A stretch of 63,832 nucleotides of DNA, counting the filler, from Stramenopiles sp. TOSAG23-2 (Eukaryota), in the NCBI GenBank assembly GCA_900128395.1. It is 9 parts of 9 records of this genome, joined end to end, with 100 filler letters (N's around TTAATTAATTAA, not from the genome) between each part and the next. Parts side by side here need not be neighbours in the genome. Positions count along the whole stretch, not along the records: positions 15,634 to 23,346 come from LT650284.1; positions 23,447 to 31,150 come from LT650285.1; positions 31,251 to 38,954 come from LT650286.1; 6 more parts are not named here. One strand, given 5' to 3'. Shown in pieces: positions 21,464-33,094 of this stretch. Numbering within the stretch: position 1 is the stretch's first letter; each line of letters starts with the position of its first letter. The translations under genes and the position numbers were made by a program. The notes below the pieces were generated by a model. The model made no database searches. It worked only from the letters and a program-made list of their open reading frames with translations, and was not told the origin of the DNA.

Positions 21464-21769
21464 AATTGTATGATACGTTCGTATTTTGATGTGTCTGATA
21501 TGCATACGAACGTATGCATATGAGATGACCATATATGATATGATATCCATAATGATTGAATTATTATTTAATATACAAAAGTATTTTTTATGATATTTAT
21601 TTAATAAAAATATATGCATATATAATATCATATGCATGTATGCACATATGGTGGTCTTTTGCATATTATTTTAGAAGAGTGTAATATCATATGATATCAT
21701 AATTATCAATTATGCACACATATATAATTTACGAATTTTTCATACTTTTTTACACACTATGCCCAACTC

Positions 21770-23346
21770 TCACATTAAAAGTGCCTCATGTAGAATGCCA
21801 ACATCGTTTCCATCCTTATCCGTCATTATTGTATTGCGCCTTGCATCTAAATAAATGATCTTGGATTTTGTAAATTGACTTATTTGTTCTATGTCTGAAA
21901 TAACGCGTTTCGTTCCCCAATAGTCATGGGCCAATACAGGATCATCTCTATCACCATCCCCTAGCGTCGGTGCCTCCACGTTGTTAACAAATAAATGAGA
22001 ACGATTTCTTAAAACAAAATTGTATACAACATCAATAGTGATTTTTTCATGTAAAACCTCGGTTGGTATCGCAAAATTATGCATATTGGCAGTGCGAATT
22101 GGATGATGTGGGGTCATTATTAAATTTTCATGTAGCATTTTAACGGCAGTATTGTTGCCAATGGTTTTGATTACATATTCAACGATATCGATCTTGTTAT
22201 CGCGAGTTAGTATGAAATCACCCACTTTAATATCTCGAATTTGTTTTTGTAATTTATTTTCAGCCATTCTTACAAAGCCATCGCCCCCGAAACACATTGC
22301 CCCTGATCCTACTTGGTATTTAGTACAACGGCCTCGTTTATTTCTCGATAAACAGACTTTAGTAGTTTTTGGTGATCCTTTGACAATATCCTTAACTATA
22401 TTTACAGCACCATTCGCTAAACCTTTAACAGCCTCGTTCTTGACCTTAATTGCTTCGGCAACAGCGGCAACTGGTTTCATATATCCCTCGGCGTTATTGT
22501 AGGCATCCCTCACGCGCCCGGGGGCTTCGTAAGCCAATGTTGCACCGCTATGAATACTTGGAGCCCAATCCTCTATCTTTCTGTCGACTGCTTTATTCCA
22601 ATCACTTTGCCCATATACATGCCCCGCACCTGCAGCACAAGCAAAGGACACTGCTACAGATGGAGCACAAGCTGCCCCAGCACCGGCAGATACAAGAGTG
22701 TTATCAAAACCTTTCAAAAAGTTAGTAGCTCCTCCTGTAAATCGATCAATCCCAGTCACATGGCCATTTTGACTTTTTATCTTTTCATTCAGATACGGGC
22801 TTGTACCTGGCGGATCCAAATATCCATTGACCCCATCCCAGGCTGAGAATGCCACGGTCGTCAATCCACCCAAGCCTTTAACATTACCTTTAAGGCTCTT
22901 ACCTATCGTCGTAGGTTTTAGCCATTGATTAAAACCATTACCGCCGGCAATTCCACCAGTCTTTAAACGATTCCCCCAATGCTGCAACATTCCTTTGTTT
23001 TTACTAGCTTTGATAAAACTTTCATCATATATTTTGTCATACGCTGTTCTTCCCGACTTCCAAGCATTATTCTGGTTGACATAAGAGTTTGCGGCCAGTA
23101 TCGGGGTAGACGCATATTCAAAATAGCCTTTTCTTTTTGTATTTCCTGGTAATGAACCAGCTCCAAAAAAATTGTACGGTGAAGATGTACTAGATGCATC
23201 GGATTTCTTACCAGAAAAGGTACTACTGGAACCACTGGAACCACTGCCAAATATACTACTATATGCACCACCGCTGAATGGACTTGTATATGATTTCTTA
23301 CCAGAAAAGGTACTACTGGAACCACTGGAACCACTGCCAAATATAC
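21770..23346 (-). CDS. Ser/Gly/Phe-repeat protein with a C-terminal Vint-type Hint autoprocessing domain (5' partial)
   Basis: The frame is open from the contig end. Hint blocks GAM|CFGGDGFVRMA..IRDIKVGD, TPHHPI and VYNFVL...VNNVEAPTLG, plus a Vint-like tail HDYWGTKRVISDI. Confidence 0.85.
23202..23346. repeat. Coding tandem repeat (55 bp identical, period 90 bp) encoding IFGSGSSGSSSTFSGKK
   Basis: 23202-23256 is identical to 23292-23346. Confidence 0.85.
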
Positions 23347-23446
23347 NNNNNNNNNNNNNNNNNNNNNNNNNNNNNNNNNNNNNNNNNNNNTTAATTAATT
23401 AANNNNNNNNNNNNNNNNNNNNNNNNNNNNNNNNNNNNNNNNNNNN

Positions 23447-23553
23447 TCAATAGGTTCTGCACGTTCTTCTTCTAACGCTTCAATCGTTGCTGGTTGTAAC
23501 GACGTACGTTGTCGTTTCGCGGGAGGTGGCGGAGCTTCAGTCATCGATGCCAT
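23447..23553 (-). CDS. N-terminal fragment of an unknown protein (MASMTEAPPPPAKRQR...), 3' partial
   Basis: ATG in AAGATGG context, PPAKRQR NLS-like motif, open into the gap. Confidence 0.45.
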
Positions 23554-23802
23554 CTTGGGTATATATATGTGTGTATATATATATATATATATACTTTTTC
23601 TTTCTATCTTTCTATCTATATATTCTATATATATATTTATTTTCTTAGTTCGATTCATCAATTCAATTTTATTTATTTTCTACTATCTCATGTGTATAAT
23701 AATAATAATAGAGATACACAAAGAAAATATATACAAAGAGTAACAGAAAAATAAAGACAAACAAATATATATATGTATACATATGTAAAAACAAATCAAA
23801 AA

Positions 23803-24405
23803 ATGAATCGAATAATATTAAATAATAAATGTAATCAAATAATAAATCCAATATTACGTAGTTCTTCTTTTTTTTCTACTATTAGTACTTCTTTATATTC
23901 ATCATCATCAAATGAAAACCATTTATTAATTAAAAGAAGATTTAATACATTTGAAAATAATGATAATAATAATAATAACATCTATGGTAATCTTGGATCA
24001 TCAACCGGACAAAAATTAGAATTAGATGAATATGCTGCATTAAAGCGTCAATTCACTGAGACGGATGTGGAAAATTTTGCTAAAGTGAGTGGTGACTTCA
24101 ATCCTGTACATTTAAATGAAGAATATGCAAAAACAACACGTTTTGGAAATAGAATTGTACATGGTATGTTATGTGGTAGTTTATTTTCCACTTTATTTGC
24201 AACACGTTTACCTGGTTCAATCTATATTAATCAATCTTTAAAATTTATGAAGCCGGTATATATAAATGATACATTAGAAGCAAAAATTATTGTAAAAGAA
24301 GCAAAATTACGGACAATAACATGTAGAACTGTTTGTACGATACCTGAAAGAGAAAATGAAATTGTTATTGATGGTGAAGCAACTGTTATGATTCCAAGAC
24401 GATGA
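23803..24405 (+). CDS. MaoC-like hotdog-fold dehydratase (HTD2-like), probably mitochondrial
   Basis: FAKVSGDFNPVHLNEEYA...RIVHGML...PGSIYINQSLKF.KPVY hydratase-2 motif. Ser/Arg-rich presequence-like N-terminus. Confidence 0.9.
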   Translation: MNRIILNNKCNQIINPILRSSSFFSTISTSLYSSSSNENHLLIKRRFNTFENNDNNNNNIYGNLGSSTGQKLELDEYAALKRQFTETDVENFAKVSGDFNPVHLNEEYAKTTRFGNRIVHGMLCGSLFSTLFATRLPGSIYINQSLKFMKPVYINDTLEAKIIVKEAKLRTITCRTVCTIPERENEIVIDGEATVMIPRR

Positions 24406-24611
24406 AATATTAATATAAAAATGATGGGAAAAAATTAGATTTATAAAAAATATATTAAAAAGCGTTTTTTCGTAGTGTACGCGTAAAAATTTTTGTTAAA
24501 AAAAATCGAACAAGAGTATATGATACAACTTTTTACATCATATCATCCCACATCTCTCCTTTTGTTCTCGTCGTATAGTGTTCATTGTTGTCATTCACCC
24601 TCTTTTCAAAA

Positions 24612-26591
24612 TTACAATTTTGCATGATGATGATGTTTTGAATGATCATGTCCAGGTAAGTCCAATACAGGGTTTTTATCAAAGAAACCACTTGGCATAA
24701 ATGCTATCTTACACATTTCTGTTGGCATAATAGGCCAATCCTCAGGTCTTGGAACATGTGTTAAACCAGTTGTATGCCATGTTACTAAATTGCAATCAAC
24801 AATACTACGATTATTTTGTGTAAATAAATCTAATCCAAGTCCGCCTGTACTCATCACAGGGCTATCACCACCAGCACTTAATTCACCTGGTGCAAATGGT
24901 GTTGCAAATAAATTAAATTTGCAAAATGGTGCACGTTTCGCAACAAATGAACTATGATGACCAACATATCGTTGTGCTGCACCTGCTAGTACTTTATATG
25001 CGACTGGATTACCCAATGCATTTTTACTTTCTGATGATACAATTTTCCATTTACGACTTGAAAATGGATTAATATTTCGTTTTGCTTCATTTTCTGTTTT
25101 CAATAAAGTAGAATTGTTTCTAAAAATAGTACCATTTGGATTGTCTTCCCCAATTGGCACTGCTTCTACATTATCTTCATACAATGAACATTTTCCACCA
25201 TCTAACGCCCATTCCATTCGTACACTAAATAAATGTTGATGCAATGGTCCTGAAAGGTTTAAACCAATTAATGGTGCATACCTTTGATCTAATGTCTCTG
25301 CATTTTCTGCGGAGACACCAACAATACCAGTTAATTTCACTTCAAATTCAATCAAACCATCCAGATATAAATACCAATAGAAGCCATAATCATAATTACC
25401 AACTGTATGGAAGGAACTGATGACTAAGCGTCTGTTACGCCGTACCACATTTACGCCTTGCCTTGCATTCGAATGCTTCCATGCAATACCAAAATCTTCT
25501 TCATGTAAACAAATGCCATTTTTATCCGTCTTCACACCACCGTCACCTTTGACTCGATGTGTATCAAAATAATAAATGGAACCTAAACAATCACAACCAA
25601 GTTCTAATGAATTGATTGTATGTCCAATACTATATTCACTTGCATCTAATACATGTTTCCAATGATGCATCATATTATCAGATGTATATGGTACGACCAT
25701 ATCAGATAATGAAGCACGATATAAAATATCACGATCATGAAATTTAACATCGTGTAATACCAATGCATGTACTGGATGCATACTTATACGTAAATCCCAA
25801 TTTTGCCATTTAATATTATGCCCTTCAACTGTAAAACTAGGTCCTTCTGGTTGAATAATTTCAATTGGTTTCAACGTCGTACGTTGCTCTGGTAACATAT
25901 CTGGATCGTAATGATCACTTTGACGCCCTGGTGGTAATGGAACTACATCCCCATCTGAAACATGTGCCACTTTTCCTGCAGTTAAATCGATATGTGCAAT
26001 AATATTTTCAATAGGTTTATTGTAATAATTATCAACAGGTCTATCTTTGTAAAAGGATATTGCTTTCATCGAACGATGTCCAGCTGGGATCGATTCATGA
26101 ACAAAACCACCACCTGGCCATGGATCAATATCAACATGTCCATTTTTAATATCGTCCATCGTGATGCCACGTTTTGCTAATGCTGCAATATATTCCGGGC
26201 ATGAAAATACCGCTCGAAATGCAATTGCAAAGTCACCATCATTATATGGTGCTTGTGCCGTATCAGGCAAGTGTACACAATTTAATACTTTTTCGTTCGT
26301 AATATCAACAATAGCATCAAAACCACCAATACCAAATTCAGTATTTCCTGGACCACCTGTACCAATAATACGTGCATGGCGATCAAATGATTGACCAGGA
26401 CTGTATGATTGCATAAAATCCCTAGTTGGTTCAATCAATTGTATCGTTGAAAAAAAACATTCATCACGTTTTGCACCAGATGCTTTAAAAATATTTGTAG
26501 CTTGTAATATTTCTTCACCTGTTAATGTTTCCAATGGGTGGGATAATGTAGCATTACCGGTGTTGACTAAGGAATTTGCCAATACACTCAT
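24612..26591 (-). CDS. Copper-containing amine oxidase (TPQ), PTS1 AKL
   Basis: HPLETLT..EI, TVGNYDYGFYW (TPQ consensus NYD), HQH copper ligands, LELGCDCLG, H.PRPEDWPIMP. Ends in AKL. Intronless. Confidence 0.93.
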   Translation of the reverse strand: MSVLANSLVNTGNATLSHPLETLTGEEILQATNIFKASGAKRDECFFSTIQLIEPTRDFMQSYSPGQSFDRHARIIGTGGPGNTEFGIGGFDAIVDITNEKVLNCVHLPDTAQAPYNDGDFAIAFRAVFSCPEYIAALAKRGITMDDIKNGHVDIDPWPGGGFVHESIPAGHRSMKAISFYKDRPVDNYYNKPIENIIAHIDLTAGKVAHVSDGDVVPLPPGRQSDHYDPDMLPEQRTTLKPIEIIQPEGPSFTVEGHNIKWQNWDLRISMHPVHALVLHDVKFHDRDILYRASLSDMVVPYTSDNMMHHWKHVLDASEYSIGHTINSLELGCDCLGSIYYFDTHRVKGDGGVKTDKNGICLHEEDFGIAWKHSNARQGVNVVRRNRRLVISSFHTVGNYDYGFYWYLYLDGLIEFEVKLTGIVGVSAENAETLDQRYAPLIGLNLSGPLHQHLFSVRMEWALDGGKCSLYEDNVEAVPIGEDNPNGTIFRNNSTLLKTENEAKRNINPFSSRKWKIVSSESKNALGNPVAYKVLAGAAQRYVGHHSSFVAKRAPFCKFNLFATPFAPGELSAGGDSPVMSTGGLGLDLFTQNNRSIVDCNLVTWHTTGLTHVPRPEDWPIMPTEMCKIAFMPSGFFDKNPVLDLPGHDHSKHHHHAKL

Positions 26592-27291
26592 GATAGATAT
26601 GTGTGTGTGTGTGTATGTGTGTATGTATTTCGTAATTCGACTATTATATATAAGCAATATGTATACTTGTTCTATAATATATGTTTTCCAAATATACGTA
26701 CGACACCGTCCATCAACTTTCATTAATTGAGATGTATTTTATGTTTATAGTGTGTGCGTGTGCCATGTGATTAAATTCGAACGCTTGATGAAGAAATGAA
26801 GGAAGAGGTGGACATAGACTTAAAATTAAATTATATATGAACATAGCATTATGGTGACCCCTACTCGGTCCCTACACTCATAAAATCGTCTAGTCTCCCC
26901 TTGCTACAGCCCAGAATAGGTGACCACCAACCCAGAATCTGGAAGCATCAAAACTTTATAATCTCTCGTCTCCCTTGATATTTACTTCTTAAATTCGATC
27001 ATCGAGAAAGGTTAAAATCTTCATAAATAATGCACCCAGCGTGTGGGAGCATTCTTCGTATGCACATACATGAAATACATTAACATGTATATTGATATAT
27101 AAATTTAAATTATTAATAGCAACTCGGGAACTCATTACTGTATATATAATACAAATAAATAAAAAGGAAGTAGAATATCTTCACTGAATTCAGATATACC
27201 TACAACCTTACAACACCATCACTGGAAAAAAAAAATATACATATCAAGATACAATATAATAATAAAATAAAACAATTTATATAAATTAAAC

Positions 27292-28425
27292 ATGATACCA
27301 ACAATTACTTTATTTAATAACAAACCAGCTGTTGAAGTCGGTAATGAAAAGATACAATTAATTATATTAATGGGGGGTGGCCATATTGCAGCTGTTAAAA
27401 TACCAGGCAATAAAATCAATCCTTTATGGGAACCACCATGGATAACGACTACACCTGCTATGCGTAGAATTGTTGCTAGAAATTTTTCACAATCAGAGGA
27501 AGATAGATTAGAATCTGAATTATTAGCATGCATAGGTGGACATAATTTATGTTGTGATGTATTTGGCTCACACTCAAAAGGTGAAGTTAATGCTGGAGCT
27601 TCGTTCCATGGCGAAGCTGGGTTGACAACATGGGAAGTAACAGATATAAATGAAACAAATGGCTCTTTAACCATGAAAGCACATTTAATACGTACACAAA
27701 TGGTGGTAGAACGTATTTATACACCAGATCAAAATAATAATCCATGTATTACAATCGTAGAACGAATAACAAATTTATTAAATGTAGAACGTGCAATAGG
27801 ACGTAGTCAACATGTAACTTTAGGTAGAGAAATATTAGAAAAAACTAGTGGTATTTGTCGTTTTGATTGTAATGGTGATAAAGGTTTAACATGGCCTGAA
27901 GTGGCAGATAAATCATCAACATTTAAATGCAATGAAAAGTTTGATTATCCAAATATACCGCTTAAAAAACTTTTGGAAGAATCAAGTGATGAGAAAAATT
28001 GTGATTGGAGAAAATATCCAAGAAACGATGTTAATTCTGATTTATGTACTTTACGAATTAATCCAAATGATAAATTTGGTTGGTTTACATGTGCAAAAGA
28101 TATAATTGATAATAATAATAAAAGTTTATTCCTTATATATAAATGGGAACGAAATGTATTTCCATGGTTGATGAGTTGGGAGGAAAATTTTGCACGTGAA
28201 GTAAAACCATGGAGTAGTAAAACATTGACAAGAGGATTGGAATTTGGTTCCTATGCAATGGCATTAGGTCGTCGATGGAATGTTGAAACAAATAAATTAT
28301 TTGATACATTATGTTACGAATGGATAGATGCAAATGAAATGAAGGAAACAAGTTTTACAATTGGTATGAAAGAATGTGTTAATAGTGATGAAGAGAATCA
28401 ATTTAAAAATACGGTGTTGAAGTAG
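27292..28425 (+). CDS. Galactose-mutarotase/aldose-epimerase-like fold protein
   Basis: GGHIA...NPLW.PPW, GHNLCCDVFG, HGEA, HVTLG, W.R..FPWL..WEEN and RGLEFG resemble bacterial mutarotase-like hypothetical proteins (recognised by eye). Confidence 0.6.
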   Translation: MIPTITLFNNKPAVEVGNEKIQLIILMGGGHIAAVKIPGNKINPLWEPPWITTTPAMRRIVARNFSQSEEDRLESELLACIGGHNLCCDVFGSHSKGEVNAGASFHGEAGLTTWEVTDINETNGSLTMKAHLIRTQMVVERIYTPDQNNNPCITIVERITNLLNVERAIGRSQHVTLGREILEKTSGICRFDCNGDKGLTWPEVADKSSTFKCNEKFDYPNIPLKKLLEESSDEKNCDWRKYPRNDVNSDLCTLRINPNDKFGWFTCAKDIIDNNNKSLFLIYKWERNVFPWLMSWEENFAREVKPWSSKTLTRGLEFGSYAMALGRRWNVETNKLFDTLCYEWIDANEMKETSFTIGMKECVNSDEENQFKNTVLK

Positions 28426-28583
28426 AGTTACGAAGTACCTTGTTTTTATGATAAATACGAAGTATCATATAATATATACACTTCGTAAAAAATATTGTGT
28501 ATGTGATATGATAGAAGCCTTTTAGAATATACGTCAAGTCTCCTGGACATTTATGCCCGCCGAGACCACCATACTAATCTGTT

Positions 28584-28589
28584 ATCTCT

Positions 28590-28628
<39 letters not shown>
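28584..28628. repeat. (CT)n/(GA)n microsatellite abutting a stop codon
   Basis: Direct reading of the sequence. Confidence 0.9.
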
Positions 28629-28632
<4 letters not shown>

Positions 28633-29843
28633 ATCATTGGTTTCTTTCCACCAATCTCGATCAACGAAGTTATCGTATCTTTCATTGTTTCTTGATATGA
28701 TAAAAATATAAAATTCCCTTCCATTAAAGAAACTCGAAAGTTATCATTTCTAGGTTGCATGCGATACGTCATCGGATCATTTGGTCTTATCTCATGAACA
28801 CCCTGAGCAAGACATGGACCAGCTGTTGTTGGTATTTTGAACCCATTTTCCGGAAATAAATACATTATATCCTCACCAAAACGTTCTGGGAAAATACGAT
28901 CCATGCTTGTTAATGCATATCTTTGACCAGATTTTATCTTTGTTGATTCTGCAAGTAAAATCTCACCTTTAGCAATATCGCGTACATCGACTAAAAACCA
29001 TGGACTTGCTAATCCATTTATTCCTAATCTTTGTTGTATTGGAGACCCTTCTAATAATCCCGCTAATTTTCCTTGCCATGTATCATTGGCTTGATGTTTT
29101 GATAATATTGGCCCAATTATATCGCTTGGATTTGCTGTGATCATATCCCATCTTCCACCTTCACTTGCAGCACAATATGATAAATAAAGCTCTGTTGTAC
29201 GTTTTGTAACACAGTACATAAACATGAAGAAATTACTGAAATGAATATCATCCAACGATACGTTTTCATTTAAAAAACTAAAGTTTGGTTCCGAATTTTC
29301 ATCCATTACAGGATTATTAAAATATGAACTATAATCCACATTCATCATGCTAGCCATGCTTGAGGTGTATATTAAGCGTTTCACTGATTTGCTTTTGTTG
29401 ATACTTTCAACAAGATGCTTTACAGATTGCAATGCGCGCTCGTTTAGAAGTTTTCCTACTCCATTTCCCACTTTGTTCCCGTTATCCTTAAACCCCATTG
29501 CCATCTCCTCATTAGACATAAATATTTCTGCTGTATGAAAGATAGTATGCACATTCTGAAATATTGTATCATATGCACCTTGCTGTTTCATATTTGCAGA
29601 GTGTAAAGTCAATTTGCTGTGTGTTAATTGCATTTTTTTTAAAAACGCAGTTTTTCTGTCATTGTCAACATCTCGAACACATGCTTTTACTGTATATCCT
29701 TTTTCCAACAACTGTTTTACTAAGTGTGAACCTACATATCCTGATGCACCTGTGACACATACAATTGCATTAGGTGTTAACGCAGTTGACCTTGCTGGTA
29801 ATATACCACTTTCATTAGGATGTTTTAAAAAAGCCTTCGACAT
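28629..29843 (-). CDS. Extended SDR NAD(P)-dependent epimerase/reductase (DFR/CCR/Gre2-like)
   Basis: VCVTGASGYVGSH, IYTSS, YCVTK (YxxxK), NPSDIIGP, VDVRDIA. Confidence 0.9.
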
Positions 29844-30406
29844 TATTATTGTTATTACTGTTTTGTAAACTGTGCTATTTTTCGCTTGTTTGTTTGTATA
29901 TCTTGTTTTTCTTTTTTACTTTTCTGCCTTTTTTTTTTTTCCTCGTTATAGATATATATATAGTATCTTCTTTTTCTGCATTTTTTGCGGCGGGTGTGGG
30001 GTGTGGGTTGTTGAATTGTTCGATTGTTGGTATATATCATCTGCTCGCTATTACTATACTACCAGGTATATAGAGCTAGAGCTACGTACTAATAGCTGTG
30101 GGCTTAATAAAGCTAGCTGGGCTATATATAGCCTTATATAGCTCATTAATACTCTGGCAAGCGGGCAAGCGGGCAAGCCACAGGCAAGCCAGCAAGCAAA
30201 GAGTCTTCCCAGCTGAGATTTCCAGCGTTAGTGATGAAAATGTACATGTATTATATAGACTATATATGTGGTATTAATACTAAAAAAAAATAAGATAATA
30301 TTAATAATATACATTTTTGTCAAAGTTTAAAATTAAATACTTTCGATATTATAATTATAATACGAGCTGTATACGAACATCTCGTACATGTTCTCTCTCT
30401 CTCCCT

Positions 30407-30961
30407 TTACAATTTTGAAGCAGAATTATTATTATTATTTTCTTTCTTTTTTTTCTCTTCAAATCTTTTATTTCCAGCTTCTTCTGCTTTTCGATATATA
30501 TCTAATCGTGTTCCACGTTTATTTTCATATTCTTTTATACCAGGTAAATTCGATACAGCATTTACAAATTTATGTAATAGTGGATATCGTTTACGACGTT
30601 TTGTTAAATCAAGATCATATAAATCCATAGCCCATATACCCATTAATGTATCATAAATAGATATGTCTGGATAATAAATATTTTTTCCAAAACAAAATGG
30701 TCCATTCAAATCATATCCTTTTAACAATGGTTCGTTTCCAGCTTCTTTATTTCTTAAAAAGCGTTCAAAATGTCCAAGCCATTTATGATATACTTCATGG
30801 GACAATCCTGGCATTTTTCTTGCTTTTGCACGATTAAAATATCCAATAGGTTTCCCATAAAATACATCATCACGCATCATTTCACTTGCATCAACAAGTC
30901 CAGCACATAAAGATCTTCCGTTGATATTACTTGGAACTAAATTGAAATGTTCGGCTATCAA
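30407..30961 (-). CDS. Glutathione S-transferase C-terminal portion, PTS1 SKL (5' end missing)
   Basis: WLGHFERFL...FCFGKNIYYPDISIYDTL...YPLLHKFVNAVSNLPGIKEY. Ends in SKL. An in-frame stop lies immediately upstream. Confidence 0.65.
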   Translation of the reverse strand: MIAEHFNLVPSNINGRSLCAGLVDASEMMRDDVFYGKPIGYFNRAKARKMPGLSHEVYHKWLGHFERFLRNKEAGNEPLLKGYDLNGPFCFGKNIYYPDISIYDTLMGIWAMDLYDLDLTKRRKRYPLLHKFVNAVSNLPGIKEYENKRGTRLDIYRKAEEAGNKRFEEKKKKENNNNNSASKL

Positions 30962-31106
30962 TCAATGCATTGTAGCTACTAACAACACCTTGTACATACC
31001 CAGCAGCATCGTCATAATCAAATGTATCTGGTATTGGTGTACAATCAGCAGCTGGAATTGCAATACGTGATGAATGTGAATTAATTCTTGGTGAAATAAA
31101 AACACG
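30955..31106 (-). other. Exon fragment of an MDR-family (NADPH:quinone oxidoreductase-like) gene fused to the GST fragment
   Basis: After an acceptor-like ATGTAG the frame reads RVFISPRINSHSSRIAIPAADCTPIPDTFDYDDAAGYVQGVVSSYNALID, which resembles the MDR IPxxxSxxxAA...TAYxAL segment. Confidence 0.5.
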
Positions 31107-31250
31107 CTACATATAGTATAAATAATGATGTGAATAAATTGATACAATAANNNNNNNNNNNNNNNNNNNNNNNNNNNNNNNNNNNNNNNNNNNNTTAATT
31201 AATTAANNNNNNNNNNNNNNNNNNNNNNNNNNNNNNNNNNNNNNNNNNNN

Positions 31251-31736
31251 TTGAACAACATCTTTCAATTTACTATTCGTTTGTTTTTCATTTAATGCAT
31301 CAATGACATCATTTAATTTTTGTTCTAAGGCTTCAATTTTTGATTCTAAATTCCGTTTTCTACGACGCCCACGTATGGAATTGGAATCTATATCTACGTT
31401 GATATCATCACCATTGTTGTTATTGTTATTACTATTTGTATCATCATCATTATTGTTTTTATTTTTTAATTTAGATGCAGTATTATGCATATCATCACGA
31501 ACAACAAAATGTAAATAATACCATAAAAATATTGCTGGTGTTAATGACATGGCTAAATTACTTATATGCCAATGCCTTGAAAAATCTTCACGACGTGGAC
31601 TTTGTGGACGTGCTTCACTGGTAAATAAACGTTGTTGAAAATGTCGTTTCAATTGATAAATATTATTATTATAACTATTATTACATTTCTTGATGGTATA
31701 TTTATTTTTACATGTATACAATAAATGCCGTAACAT
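31251..31736 (-). CDS. Putative mitochondrial single-pass membrane protein with a coiled coil (3' partial)
   Basis: Arg-rich presequence-like start, one TM (LAMSLTPAIFLWYYLHFVV) and the heptad LESKIEALEQKL. Confidence 0.55.
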
Positions 31737-32790
31737 TTGGCAATAAAAATAATTAATAATTAATTTAATTAATTAATTAAATAATTACAAAAAAAAAAAA
31801 AATATAAAAAATTAAAACAATTTCTAATAAAATGAAATATATCGATGCATACACCAAAAAAAACAGTACAGAGCAATGAATCTAACAAAAAAACCTACTG
31901 GTAATATCGATAATATATATATATATATCTACGTCGATACTACATATGCATATCATTCTCAGAAGCATTTCGTTTTGTATTTTTTATTATTTATACTAGA
32001 GGAGGAGGGTCTCCCGTTGGTCGACAGAGGCCTAATTTCATGCTTGATGATAATGTAAGAAGTACCCTGTCCTATTTGTATTATTCAATGTCCTTAAAAC
32101 TAAGGTTTTTGACGGAAAAGTTTTAAAGGTTGTACTCGAGGGTATTGTAATTAAAGTAGGATACCTATCGATAAAGTGCCATTTATGAAAATGATAGGAT
32201 TTTTTTGAAATTTAAGTACAAAGAATAGTATTGTGAAGGAGGAGCCTTGGACAAACATTTTATTTTTTTAGTTGTTGAATTAGTACAAAGAGAAGGATAA
32301 TTTTAGAGGTAATTTCGGAATATATATCATAAATATATTTACTATGAATTTTAATATGCTCAATGACGTATATATATCCTATTAAAACATTGGTATTTAT
32401 ATTGTTAAAACATATGAATAAGATCTATATCTCCACCCCGACCTTGTTGTAAAAAAGTACAAAATGGCCGAAAAAGCACCTTCTTTCCATTCAGGAAATC
32501 ACCCAATCATATTTGAGAGAGAGACCGTATGGACATATGAGTGATCACATTTTAATCCTTTCCTCTTCTCATTTAAGGATTTAAATCTACATTTCCCCCG
32601 TTATAATCACATACTAATTTAAATTAACAGTCTCATAGTACCATAGCCAAGTTTACTCTGTGATGCTGGTAATAAATTAATATACACACAGTACCTAAAT
32701 GTTAGCATTGACACAAGTAATTATACTGCAATTATAACAAAGTCCTTAAATAAAAGAGGTAGTAAACCGGTTTTTATTGATATATTAACA

Positions 32791-33029
32791 TACCCCGATA
32801 TAATTGTTACTGTGCCGGCCAGTCGTAAATTTTCGGTACAAATTTTTTACTATACTTAAACACTATTTATACCTATCAAACACACAAATTAATCCAAAAC
32901 TCAACACTCGAAAACCTGAAAACCGATTAATTTGTGTATTTGATAGGTAATATAGTGTTTAAGTATACTAAAAAATGTGTACCGAAAATCGGCGAAGGGC
33001 CGGCACAGTAAAAATTATATCGGGCTGTA
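32791..33029. mobile_element. MITE-like foldback element with long imperfect TIRs of about 100 bp
   Basis: 32794-32894 is the reverse complement of 32925-33024 with few mismatches and a 30-bp spacer. The right end reads ...ATATCGGGCTG|TA, like a Tc1/mariner-pogo TA-CAG end. Confidence 0.75.
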
Positions 33030-33094
33030 CACACATTCGATGTAGGAAGTACATTGTTAGTGCACATGTCAACAGAAAACGTAGAATTGTAGAA

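Noticed and set aside
26896-26921. Short similarity to 9545-9584 (TCCCC.TGCTAC...CAGAATAGGT) suggesting a dispersed repeat or ncRNA
   Set aside because: Too short and gapped to support. No tRNA or snRNA structure recognised.
30158-30198. GCAAGCGG-type short tandem repeat and AGCT-rich stretch upstream of the SDR gene
   Set aside because: Only a few degenerate copies. Cannot distinguish a regulatory array from simple slippage.
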